Origin: Spirochaetaceae bacterium
GTDB lineage: Bacteria > Spirochaetota > Spirochaetia > WTKD01
Length of the DNA: 64,000 bases
NCBI GenBank assembly: GCA_011524535.1
Contig: WTKD01000014.1
Span: 28,519 to 92,518, forward strand
Reading direction: 5' to 3'
Of the stretch, positions 8,342 to 18,114 are shown piece after piece. The position numbers and the translations under genes are program-made. The notes below the pieces were generated by a model. The model did no database searches. It had not been told where the DNA came from and worked only from the letters and a program-made list of their open reading frames with translations. Position 1 is the stretch's first letter. Every line of letters begins with the position of its first letter.

Positions 8342-10621
8342 ATGGCATTGAGTAGTTGTTTAGGATTCCCTCGCATTGGTCCAAAAAGAGAATTGAAATG
8401 GGCCCTAGAAAAATACTGGAAAAAATCTATAGACGATGACGAACTCCAGCGCAGATACGATGATATTCGTATTCGTCGTTGGAGTGCACAGAGCACCTTA
8501 TCTCAAGTTCCCATATTTGATTGTAGTTTATACGATCATGTGCTCGACACTGTTCAACTTTTTTCGGCTATTCCGCAACGTTTCCAAACCTTACCATCGA
8601 ATACAAGAGAACAATATTTCGCAATGGCACGCGGAACAACCATCGCCAAAAAAGAAATTCCAGCCATGGATATGAGCAAATGGTTTGATACAAATTACCA
8701 TTATATTGTTCCCGAATTTGAATCTAACCAACAATTCTCCTTGCAACCAGAACATCTGCTACAAGAACTTGATCTCGCAACCAGCCTCGGTATTCCGTTT
8801 CGCCCCGTTGTTCTTGGCCCTCTCAGTTTCTTACTCCTCGGAAAATCACAGGCGAGCCAGCCATTTACTTATTTGGATGCCTTGCTTGAAGCCTACGGAT
8901 CTCTATTACAATTGCTTTCCAGCTGTAATGTAGAATGGCTTCAACTTGATGAACCTATGCTTGCGATATTGCCAGAATCAGAATCTATGCATTATGCCAT
9001 GCATACCTATGAAGTTCTCAATAAGCAATCAACATACACAAAAATATTACTCGCTACGTACTTTGAATCACTCCACGACAAAAAGAACCTTATATATGAA
9101 CTGCCAGTCGAGGGTATCCATGTCGATTGTATAAACGGAATCCACACAGCATCCACCCTTGCCCATTGCGCCGAACGCAAAGAACTTGTCTCGCTCGGAG
9201 TTGTTGATGGAAGAAATATCTGGAGAAATGATCTAGAAGAAAGCCTGGCTATTCTCGAACCTATGCAAGATATCCTGGGACACGAGAAAATAATGGTGAA
9301 CTCTTCTTGTTCACTGTTGCATTGTCCTATAGATATACGATTGGAATCATCCATATCTAAAAATATACTCCCCCAAATGTCCTTTGCCGTTCAAAAGATA
9401 AAGGAGATTGTTCTTCTCACAACAGCGATTACAACAGGGCGTGAATCGATCATACATGAATTGTCACACAATGAGCATATACGCAAGGAGCGGCTGTCTA
9501 TTCCAGGAATACACAGCCCCGATGTACAGAGCCGCCTAGATGCTATCAAACAAAAAGATTTTGTGCGTAATAATCCTTTTGAAAAACGAAGCGAAATACA
9601 AAAAGAATCCGTACAATTACCGCTGTTTCCCACCACGACCATAGGCTCATTTCCGCAAACCGATGATCTGCGTATAGCGAGAGCGCAATACAAAAAACAA
9701 GAAATAACACAAGGAGAATACACCGAAACTCTTCGCAAAAATATTGCAGAAGTAATCAAATTTCAGGATGAAATAGACCTAGATGTATTGGTCCATGGGG
9801 AAGCTGAAAGAAATGATATGGTTGAGTATTTTGGGGAACTGTTAGAGGGATGCATCACAACAGAATTCGGATGGGTGCAAAGTTATGGATCGCGCTGTGT
9901 AAAACCTCCGATCATATACGGAGATGTATACAGAAAGAAGGAAATGACCGTTCCTTGGATTTCTTGGGCTCAGTCACTCACCACGCGCCCGGTAAAGGGC
10001 ATGCTCACTGGTCCAGTGACCATTCTAAAATGGTCATTCATACGTCAAGACATTTCAAAAAAGACGATTGCCTATCAAATAGCACTCGCTATACGTGATG
10101 AAGTCAGTGATCTTGAAAAATCCGGTATATCTATCATACAAATTGACGAACCTGCATTACGCGAAGGCCTGCCCCTTATTCCAGAAAAACAAGCAGATTA
10201 CCTAAACTGGGCAGTAAATAGCTTCAAGCTTTCCTCATCCCATGTCAAAGATTCCACACAAATACATTCCCATATGTGTTATTCGGAGTTCAATGACATT
10301 ATTGATTCTATCATAGCCTTGGATGCAGATGTTATTTCGATAGAGAGCACCCGATCAAACATGGAATTGCTTGATACGTTTATACAAAAGAAATACCCCT
10401 ATGCGATAGGTCCTGGAGTGTACGATATTCATTCTCCGGTTATCCCAAGCAGCGACACAATTTACTCATCTTTGAATTATATTCTGACCGTAATTAACTC
10501 ATCACAGGTATGGGTTAATCCAGACTGTGGCCTAAAGACGAGGAAATGGGAAGAAATAACGCCCTCACTAGCGAACATGGTGGCCGCAGCAAAAAAGCTT
10601 AGACAAAACATCGTGCAATAA
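8342..10621 (+). CDS. metE: 5-methyltetrahydropteroyltriglutamate--homocysteine S-methyltransferase (cobalamin-independent methionine synthase)
   Basis: N-terminus LGFPRIGPKRELK at 759 aa length. The C-terminal zinc-binding region (HMCYSEF) is present. Confidence 0.9.
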   Translation: MALSSCLGFPRIGPKRELKWALEKYWKKSIDDDELQRRYDDIRIRRWSAQSTLSQVPIFDCSLYDHVLDTVQLFSAIPQRFQTLPSNTREQYFAMARGTTIAKKEIPAMDMSKWFDTNYHYIVPEFESNQQFSLQPEHLLQELDLATSLGIPFRPVVLGPLSFLLLGKSQASQPFTYLDALLEAYGSLLQLLSSCNVEWLQLDEPMLAILPESESMHYAMHTYEVLNKQSTYTKILLATYFESLHDKKNLIYELPVEGIHVDCINGIHTASTLAHCAERKELVSLGVVDGRNIWRNDLEESLAILEPMQDILGHEKIMVNSSCSLLHCPIDIRLESSISKNILPQMSFAVQKIKEIVLLTTAITTGRESIIHELSHNEHIRKERLSIPGIHSPDVQSRLDAIKQKDFVRNNPFEKRSEIQKESVQLPLFPTTTIGSFPQTDDLRIARAQYKKQEITQGEYTETLRKNIAEVIKFQDEIDLDVLVHGEAERNDMVEYFGELLEGCITTEFGWVQSYGSRCVKPPIIYGDVYRKKEMTVPWISWAQSLTTRPVKGMLTGPVTILKWSFIRQDISKKTIAYQIALAIRDEVSDLEKSGISIIQIDEPALREGLPLIPEKQADYLNWAVNSFKLSSSHVKDSTQIHSHMCYSEFNDIIDSIIALDADVISIESTRSNMELLDTFIQKKYPYAIGPGVYDIHSPVIPSSDTIYSSLNYILTVINSSQVWVNPDCGLKTRKWEEITPSLANMVAAAKKLRQNIVQ

Positions 10622-10761
10622 TGAACTCTAACTGGCTCTATAACGTAAGAAATAGTTACACATCATTGTCTGATTCGTGTGATTTGTATTTTTTCACGCC
10701 TTATCAGACAACTATGCGATCCTATATCTTTTTTCCCACAGGATAATTAGCTTCACTATAC

Positions 10762-12675
10762 TTGTACAGTTCTATCGAATATAGTGATGATATGGAAGCA
10801 ATAATTGCAAACATCATAAAGAATACTCATTTTGCGAAATATTTTGCCAAGTCAAATATCGTCGTTATGGAATCAAGATCTGACTTCATTAATCTTTGCT
10901 TTCCCGATAAAAAGCAATTAAAAACGGTCGTGGAGTACGATATACCTGGAAAAGGAATGATCCAAGAAGCAGAAGTCGTACGCTGTAAGAACGGAGTCAG
11001 TGTCAACTATCCAGACACATACATGAGGAGACGAGACCCTCATGCAATGGTTATCTCCGACAACCTACCCAGCGACAAACCAAATTACAAAAATCGTTTT
11101 GGAAAACCGTTCGACGAACTTCGAGAAGAAACTTTTACGTGGCTAGCAAAACAAGACCTAATATTGGTTCCTTTTTGGGCAGGAGGAAGCACCTGTACCG
11201 ATTATCCAACCATACTTATTTGTCCTAGAAATGCAGGTTTTTTTGCATTAGCTCTCGCCGATTTGCAAGGATTCATACCGGCTAGCAAAATTCCCGAAGG
11301 ATTCACGCCCCTCGCCACCCTCATGGTTGCGCCTCCTTTTAGACACACACATTTTGAGGGAAAACAGGTTGTTGTTCACCATCGTTCACAAGATCATCAT
11401 GAAGTCTTCAGTTATAACCTCTATCCTGGTCCCAGCGCAAAAAAGGGAGTTTATGGCATTCTTCTAAATATTGGAGAAAAGGAAGGATGGACAACATTAC
11501 ACAGTTCTGCCGTGAGGATGATCACTCCATATGACAATGAATTTGTTATTCTTCACGAAGGAGCATCGGGAGGGGGTAAGAGCGAAATGACCCAGCCCAT
11601 ACACCGAACAGAAGAAGGGAAAGTACTTCTTGCACAAAATACTGTAGCAGACATAAGTTATTTATTGGAGCTACAAGATACATGCGAACTCCACCCAGTC
11701 ACCGATGACATGTCGTTTACCCATCCATCGATACAACAAAGTCCTTCGCGTAGGCTCGTCATACGAGATGCCGAAGAAGGTTGGTTTTTACGTGTTGACC
11801 ACATGAAAGAATATGGTTCGGAGCCGATGATCGAAAAACTCTGTGTGAACCCGCCAGAACCACTCATATTCCTCAACATAGATGCTTCGCCCAATTCTAC
11901 AGCCCTGCTTTGGGAACATATTGAAGATGCTCCGGGTCAACCTTGTTCGAACCCTCGGGTAATTGTTCCACGAAGGCTCATTCCTCGAATAACCGATGAG
12001 GCTGTTTCGGTTCATGTTCGTAGCTTTGGAGTACGTACTCCACCAACCACAGAAAATAAACCAAATTATGGAATCATTGGTCTACTGCATGTGCTGCCGC
12101 CTTCTCTTGCCTGGCTTTGGCGGTTGGTTGCTCCTCGTGGGCACGCAAATCCAAGTATCGTGGGTCAAGAAGGCCTCCAAAGTGAAGGAGTTGGATCTTT
12201 CTGGCCTTTTGCAACCGGTGAAAAAATAACACATGCGAATATTCTCCTGAGGCAGATTCAGGATACTCCTGGAACACGTTACGTACTGATCCCAAATCAA
12301 TACATAGGTTCCTATTATGTTGGATTTGCTCCGGAATGGATTGCCCGTGAATTTCTCGCAAGACATGGCTCGGCACGTTTCAAATCAAACAAAATTCAGT
12401 CTTCTCGCTGTCCATTGTTAGGGTATTCATTGACTTCGTTGAAAGTTAACGGTCAGGATATCCCTCAACTCCTATTGAACGTAGAAAAACAAATGGGAGT
12501 TGGTACAAAGGGGTATGATAAAGGAGCAAAAATACTCAGCGATTTTTTCAAAGAAGAACTCAAACAATTTCATACTCAAAAGCTACATCCGTTGGGAAGA
12601 GCTATTATCGACCTTTGCTTTAACGATGCCAGTCTTGAAGATTTTTCTGAAGTATTGCCAATGCATGATCTATAA
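10762..12675 (+). CDS. Uncharacterised 637-aa protein with a PEPCK/HPr-kinase-type P-loop (GASGGGKSE)
   Basis: The Walker A at about aa 267-275 is preceded by TLHSSAV, which resembles PEPCK-ATP LPMHCSAN, and followed by a DD motif (VTDDMSF). The flanking domains are unrecognised. Confidence 0.5.
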   Translation: MYSSIEYSDDMEAIIANIIKNTHFAKYFAKSNIVVMESRSDFINLCFPDKKQLKTVVEYDIPGKGMIQEAEVVRCKNGVSVNYPDTYMRRRDPHAMVISDNLPSDKPNYKNRFGKPFDELREETFTWLAKQDLILVPFWAGGSTCTDYPTILICPRNAGFFALALADLQGFIPASKIPEGFTPLATLMVAPPFRHTHFEGKQVVVHHRSQDHHEVFSYNLYPGPSAKKGVYGILLNIGEKEGWTTLHSSAVRMITPYDNEFVILHEGASGGGKSEMTQPIHRTEEGKVLLAQNTVADISYLLELQDTCELHPVTDDMSFTHPSIQQSPSRRLVIRDAEEGWFLRVDHMKEYGSEPMIEKLCVNPPEPLIFLNIDASPNSTALLWEHIEDAPGQPCSNPRVIVPRRLIPRITDEAVSVHVRSFGVRTPPTTENKPNYGIIGLLHVLPPSLAWLWRLVAPRGHANPSIVGQEGLQSEGVGSFWPFATGEKITHANILLRQIQDTPGTRYVLIPNQYIGSYYVGFAPEWIAREFLARHGSARFKSNKIQSSRCPLLGYSLTSLKVNGQDIPQLLLNVEKQMGVGTKGYDKGAKILSDFFKEELKQFHTQKLHPLGRAIIDLCFNDASLEDFSEVLPMHDL

Positions 12676-12835
12676 AATATCTCGGATATATTGCCCAACC
12701 TCTTCCAATATGGGGTTGGGTTTGTATACCTGAATAACCAAACATTTCCTTGCCATCGCCGCAATTTGTTTCTCGATCATATTCTTTGTTTTTATTTACT
12801 TTTTCTTTGGTATATTCCTTTACATCCCTTATCGC

Positions 12836-14020
12836 TTGTCAATAAATCAGGGATGCTCTATAATTGGCTGTTTATGTATACCTGTGAGTCTTCTCTTGTC
12901 TAAGATTATCACCATTCCATCGGTTGTGGATTGTCACGTTCATCTTAGAATTCCAGGAGGTGAACACAAAGAGGACTTTTTAACAGGGTCTCGTGCTGCT
13001 CTCGCTGGCGGTATCAGCACAGTATTAGCAATGCCAAACACAAATCCTCCTCTTGATTGCGAGGAATTTTTTTTATATGCACATCAAAAAGCATTAAAAG
13101 AAGGCCTTTGTACCATAAAGCATTTTGTTGGAGCAACCGACAGCAATACGGGCATCTCTAGACAATCAAACCGTATAGCTACTCAAGCTGCGGGCCTCAA
13201 ACTGTATATCAATGAAACATTCGGCAGTCTAAGAATAAACGACGAACACTGTATACGAGAGCACGTTCGTTCTTGGGTTGGACGCGGACCCGTCGCTGCT
13301 CACGCAGAACAAGAATGGGTTCCTTTTCTTATTTCCTTGGCAGACCAGTACAAGGTTCATATTCACCTCTGTCATATATCTCATGAATCAGAAATACATG
13401 CTATTCGATCGGCAAAAGAGCAAGGTATATCTATCACCTGCGAAGTATGTCCTCACCACCTTTTTTTGACCGAAAAAGATGCCGAAATCCTCGGTTCAAA
13501 AGCAAGAGTTTCTCCGCCAATCAATCAAGAAAAAGACAGAATGGCTTTGTGGAATAATCTCGCGTATATCGACTGCCTTGCGAGCGATCACGCACCTCAT
13601 ACATTGGAAGAAAAAATGAGCGATCAATCACCACCGGGATTTCCCGGGCTAGAAACCTTGCTTCCCCTGGGATTATTGGCCGTAGAACAAGAAAAACTTT
13701 CTCTAGAACGCCTAATGCACATGGTTTCCGTAGGTCCAAGAACTATCTTCACTCTGCATGATCCAATCGTACAGGAAAGCAAAACAGTTATCGAATTAGA
13801 AGAAAGGGGTCCTCTATCCGCTGGCGGCTGGAACACCAAATGCGACTGGTCTCCATTTGCCGATAAGGTCGTTCCCGGCAAAATTTTAGAAACCTATGTG
13901 GGCTCACGATGCATGTATCGTGATGGAAAATTTTTAGTCAGCTCAACAGAAGAAAAAAGCACCACCTTTGGAAATATGGAGGAGGAAGATGAACATACCG
14001 GTACAAAAAGAATTATTTGA
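12836..14020 (+). CDS. pyrC: Dihydroorotase (E. coli-like short type); an alternative GTG start lies near 12884
   Basis: The DCHVHLR metal-binding motif sits close to the N-terminus, an amidohydrolase signature is present, and the gene is in a pyr cluster. Confidence 0.8.
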   Translation: MSINQGCSIIGCLCIPVSLLLSKIITIPSVVDCHVHLRIPGGEHKEDFLTGSRAALAGGISTVLAMPNTNPPLDCEEFFLYAHQKALKEGLCTIKHFVGATDSNTGISRQSNRIATQAAGLKLYINETFGSLRINDEHCIREHVRSWVGRGPVAAHAEQEWVPFLISLADQYKVHIHLCHISHESEIHAIRSAKEQGISITCEVCPHHLFLTEKDAEILGSKARVSPPINQEKDRMALWNNLAYIDCLASDHAPHTLEEKMSDQSPPGFPGLETLLPLGLLAVEQEKLSLERLMHMVSVGPRTIFTLHDPIVQESKTVIELEERGPLSAGGWNTKCDWSPFADKVVPGKILETYVGSRCMYRDGKFLVSSTEEKSTTFGNMEEEDEHTGTKRII

Positions 14021-14975
14021 ACGTATTTGTATTTTACAAGAATCTTATACGGAAAATAATATCGTAAGTGTGCAACAATTCTCATTTGAGGCACTCACGC
14101 ACTTAATGAACCTCATATCGTGCATTCATGTACTCACCGAGAACAATGCTATGCCCCCCGTGCTTGCAAACAAAATCCTTGCAGCCATATTTTATGAACC
14201 TAGTACGCGTACATCGGCGAGTTTTATATCCGCTATGTACAAATTAGGAGGAAGCGTTCTACCCTTCATTGCGGGCATGGAATCCTCTAGCGTGCGAAAA
14301 GGAGAGACGGTTGTAGATACATTAAAGACCATCGCTCAATTATCAGACCTCCTCGTGTTAAGACATCCTGAAAAAGGTATACATACGACGCTCGTTGCGA
14401 ATATTTTTTCTCCCCTCATAAATGCCGGAGATGGCTATGGAGAACATCCTACCCAAGCCCTCTTAGATTTGTACACCATCCTACGCGAAAAACAATCCCT
14501 AGAAAACAAAACGGTAACCATTGTTGGCGATCTTTTGTATGGTCGAACAGTACACAGTCTCATCCGCCTACTACACCATTTTGAGAATGTTCATATCCAA
14601 TTGGTAAGCCCACGTGACCTTGCACTTCCCCGAGAATACTATTCTGGTGAAAAAGAAACAGAATCCTTGGAAGAAGTGATAGGTGAAAGCGATGTTCTCT
14701 ACGTAACGCGTATGCAGCGCGAACGTTTTAAGAATCCTGAATCCTATGATCAATACAAATCTTTATATTTGATAAACAAAGACACCTTACACCACGCGAA
14801 AAATAACCTCATTATTATGCATCCCCTTCCTCGTGTGAATGAGATCGATCCCTTGGTAGACAAAGATACCCGCGCTGTGTATTTCAAACAGGTCAAAAAT
14901 GGCTTATACACAAGAATGGCTCTCATGTGTCTATTATTATTCGATAGGAATTCCCATTTCTATGACTTTTTTTGA
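13968..14975 (+). CDS. pyrB: Aspartate carbamoyltransferase catalytic subunit
   Basis: STRT motif (EPSTRTSASF) and HPLPRV motif are present. It overlaps the pyrC end; the real start may be an internal Met (MNIP, about 13989). Confidence 0.9.
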   Translation: MEIWRRKMNIPVQKELFERICILQESYTENNIVSVQQFSFEALTHLMNLISCIHVLTENNAMPPVLANKILAAIFYEPSTRTSASFISAMYKLGGSVLPFIAGMESSSVRKGETVVDTLKTIAQLSDLLVLRHPEKGIHTTLVANIFSPLINAGDGYGEHPTQALLDLYTILREKQSLENKTVTIVGDLLYGRTVHSLIRLLHHFENVHIQLVSPRDLALPREYYSGEKETESLEEVIGESDVLYVTRMQRERFKNPESYDQYKSLYLINKDTLHHAKNNLIIMHPLPRVNEIDPLVDKDTRAVYFKQVKNGLYTRMALMCLLLFDRNSHFYDFF

Positions 14976-16503
14976 TACAATACAGGACCTTCAAGAGCAA
15001 CGTTCAACCAATCTTTGTCTTGGGCTTGATCCACGACCAATTGATATTATACGTTGGGCAAACAATACGAGAGAACAAGAAACCCTCAAGGAACTCTTTT
15101 CAAATTTTGATACCAATGATCCTTTAAGCATAGAAAAATTATCAAAGCATTATCTATCGCTTGTCGAATGGTTGTTGGATACGTGTCGGGAATACATTTC
15201 TTGCGTGAAAATCAATCTAGCCTTTTATCAGCAATACGCTCTAGAAAATACAATGCTGGATATCATTATCCTCGCAAGATCGCTTGGATTGCCCGCCATA
15301 CTGGATGCAAAATTCGGTGACATCCAATCAACCGCAAAGGCCTATGCTCGGGCTGCTTTTGAACGATTTTCCGCAGATGCCGTTACCCTGCACCCATATT
15401 TGGGCAGTTCTAGCATTACCCCTTTTTTGACATACGCTACCAAGGCCGTATTTGTCCTTTCCCATACCAGCAACCCAGATGCTCAATATGTACAAACTTT
15501 TTCTAATACAGATAATACCCCTCTCTACGAACACATTGTACAGCCGTATATGAATAATCCTCAAATCGGATTCGTGTGTGGTGCGACACATCTCGAAACT
15601 TTGCGCAATATCCGAAGCAAATCAAATAATTGGATACTAACACCGGGAGTAGGAGCACAAGGAGGGACGGTTCTCGATGTTATGGCAGCCGCAAACAAAC
15701 GTGTAATCATCCCTATCTCTAGAGCAATTGTAGACACCGATTCGCCAAAAGAAGCAATAGAACGATTTCATGCCCATCTCAAACAGCATAGAGCAAACTC
15801 AACACACGATCATGTACACCCCTCGCAGACTCCAGTGGCAGAGAATCGCAGAGCGACAGAACAAAACCCTAATACACTGCACACTATCGTATCTCAATTG
15901 TGTGAAAAAGGCATGATTCTATTTGGCGATTACACGTACAAAAGCGGTATCCGCGCCCCTTTCTATGTTAACCTTCGAGATGTCATAGGAAGCCCATCTC
16001 TTCTTCGCATCATCTGCGAAGAGATGCTCCCGCTAGTAACTTCTTGTACATACAATAGGATATGTGGTATTGCCTATGGAGCACTTGGATTCGCATTCAC
16101 CTTATCCGATATGATTGGTGCCTCTACAATACTGCTACGCAAAGAAGGCAAGAAAGAATATGGCACCCAAGAAGCTGTAGTTGGACCCTATGCTGCCGGA
16201 GATAGGGTTGTCATCATAGAGGAAATGACCAGCACCGGTTCAACCATCATCGAAACCGCCCTCTCTTTGAGAAAAAAAGGCCTTGAGGTAAACGATGTCA
16301 TAGTCTTTTATACTGGAATTGGTGATCCAGAAGCCAATCTTGCACAACATGAACTGCGCCTACACCGGGTTTTAGACTTCTTTCGCTTACTTTCCATCTT
16401 GCACGAACTATCATATATCACCGATGTTCAAAAATCGAAACTTATCTCACTTACCCACACCGATGAGCTTGGGCTGTCAAATACTGCTGGGAATGAAGCG
16501 TAA
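14965..16503 (+). CDS. pyrFE: Bifunctional orotidine-5'-phosphate decarboxylase (type 2) / orotate phosphoribosyltransferase fusion
   Basis: The N-terminal half carries the LCLGLDPRP ODCase type-2 signature. The C-terminal half carries the OPRTase PRPP-binding motif VVIIEEMTSTGST. The start was refined to the Met of MTFFDT. Confidence 0.8.
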   Translation, partial: TFFDTIQDLQEQRSTNLCLGLDPRPIDIIRWANNTREQETLKELFSNFDTNDPLSIEKLSKHYLSLVEWLLDTCREYISCVKINLAFYQQYALENTMLDIIILARSLGLPAILDAKFGDIQSTAKAYARAAFERFSADAVTLHPYLGSSSITPFLTYATKAVFVLSHTSNPDAQYVQTFSNTDNTPLYEHIVQPYMNNPQIGFVCGATHLETLRNIRSKSNNWILTPGVGAQGGTVLDVMAAANKRVIIPISRAIVDTDSPKEAIERFHAHLKQHRANSTHDHVHPSQTPVAENRRATEQNPNTLHTIVSQLCEKGMILFGDYTYKSGIRAPFYVNLRDVIGSPSLLRIICEEMLPLVTSCTYNRICGIAYGALGFAFTLSDMIGASTILLRKEGKKEYGTQEAVVGPYAAGDRVVIIEEMTSTGSTIIETALSLRKKGLEVNDVIVFYTGIGDPEANLAQHELRLHRVLDFFRLLSILHELSYITDVQKSKLISLTHTDELGLSNTAGNEA

Positions 16504-17383
16504 CAATCTCAACAATCACATAAAACCCACACTATTTTCACATAGTTTGCCCTCTTTCTTCGTTATAGCCAGTGGCATGGTTCAAAACACGAGTAAGAGC
16601 CTTTTATCACTCGCAAGAAAAACATCTGCCGGTGTTATCACTACAAAATCAATCACGATCCATGAACGTTCGGGGAACCATGCACCAACAACACATTACA
16701 CCGATCATTACATGCTGAACGCTATTGGTATTCCATCTGCCGGTATTGATGTCGTGCTCCCCGAATTAGAAACATTCATTGCAAATACAACAAAGAAGCT
16801 GGCTATCTCGGTGTACGCCGAGCACGATAATGACGCCTTATATATGATAAAGAAAATCGATAGGCTTGGAGCCATATATATCGAGTTGAATTTTTCTTGT
16901 CCAAACATCTCGCATACTAGCAAAATACCACTCTACGCCGATGCCCCGCGCATGGCTTCTATGATCCGCACAATCAAACAGTCTAATCCCCTAACACCTA
17001 TCGTAGCAAAGCTATCCCCACTCGTGCCAAACATGGGCTATATTGCAGAAACCCTATTGGAAGCTGGTATAGATGGATTTACCCTCACAAATACAATTCC
17101 AGCGATGACATTCGATCTATCAACAAAAAAACCCGTGTTGAGTTATGGAAGCGGCGGGATGAGCGGAGCGGCATTACATCCAATCGCCCTCAAGGCGGTG
17201 CATGATGTACGGAAGATATCCTCGGACATTCCAATTATCGGTACAGGTGGTGTATATAGCCCTGAAGATGCAATGCGTATGCGAATCGCCGGGGCAAGCC
17301 TCATAGGTATTGGATCTATCCTGTATACAAAAAACATTGATGCGGCAGAAAAAATAATAATGAATTTCAAGGATCCAGTTTAA
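16493..17383 (+). CDS. pyrD: Dihydroorotate dehydrogenase, class 1 (Cys active site); no adjacent pyrK
   Basis: ELNFSCPN and GTGGV motifs are present, and the N-terminal ASG motif (FVIASG) requires a start upstream of Met-16577. Confidence 0.8.
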   Translation: MKRNNLNNHIKPTLFSHSLPSFFVIASGMVQNTSKSLLSLARKTSAGVITTKSITIHERSGNHAPTTHYTDHYMLNAIGIPSAGIDVVLPELETFIANTTKKLAISVYAEHDNDALYMIKKIDRLGAIYIELNFSCPNISHTSKIPLYADAPRMASMIRTIKQSNPLTPIVAKLSPLVPNMGYIAETLLEAGIDGFTLTNTIPAMTFDLSTKKPVLSYGSGGMSGAALHPIALKAVHDVRKISSDIPIIGTGGVYSPEDAMRMRIAGASLIGIGSILYTKNIDAAEKIIMNFKDPV

Positions 17384-17457
17384 ATCTGCGATAAACATCA
17401 ACAGGACTGATTATCCATGCCTCACTAGACATGTTTTAGATATGGAGTTCCTATTTG

Positions 17458-18114
17458 TCAGTGACCCGTATTTTGGAGAGCTTTCCAAGAAACAGGATAT
17501 AGTTCCTGCAAGGCATCGTGCAAATATCGGGCTACCTCCTGCGTCTCGTACTGTGCATCGGCTTTCATACGGAGGGTGCACACACGAGAGAAAGCCATTA
17601 TTGTTCCACTCCATATCCATTCTGTCATCATGTTTTGTGGTAGCATCATGCGCGCTTGCTCTGGACACACATTCTTTTTTAAAAGAGTTTCGTATAGTTC
17701 ACGACTCGTTTTTATAAATGTGTGTATAGCTTCCAAGTATTCCCCACTGATATCGACAGGTATCCTGCTTGACCCCTGTTTTGCGCTTTCACTCCTTCCA
17801 CGCCATTCTCGAGGGAGATAAAATTCGGGATTACTATCCACATATCTCCGACTTACTTCATTCCAACTCAGGCCGACTTGGTGTTTTACCAGTTGCCTTG
17901 CAACAAACAGCGGTGCCTTTATCCGAAACGAAGCAAAAGCGTGACAAAAAGGTGTAAAATGATTATGCCTTGCGAGATAGTTAATAAGCTTCTCGTCGCT
18001 AGGGTCAAATAATTCCTTTTCTTTTGCAAATGAGACCCGAGCCGCATTCACAACCGACAAATCGCTCCCCATCTTATCGATGAGGGTTACTTCTGATTCA
18101 TACGCAATCTTCAT
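17458..18114 (-). CDS. thyX: Flavin-dependent thymidylate synthase
   Basis: ThyX-like RHxxxS...SxRY signature region (KHQVGLSWNEVSRRY) at 218 aa. Confidence 0.75.
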   Translation of the reverse strand: MKIAYESEVTLIDKMGSDLSVVNAARVSFAKEKELFDPSDEKLINYLARHNHFTPFCHAFASFRIKAPLFVARQLVKHQVGLSWNEVSRRYVDSNPEFYLPREWRGRSESAKQGSSRIPVDISGEYLEAIHTFIKTSRELYETLLKKNVCPEQARMMLPQNMMTEWIWSGTIMAFSRVCTLRMKADAQYETQEVARYLHDALQELYPVSWKALQNTGH

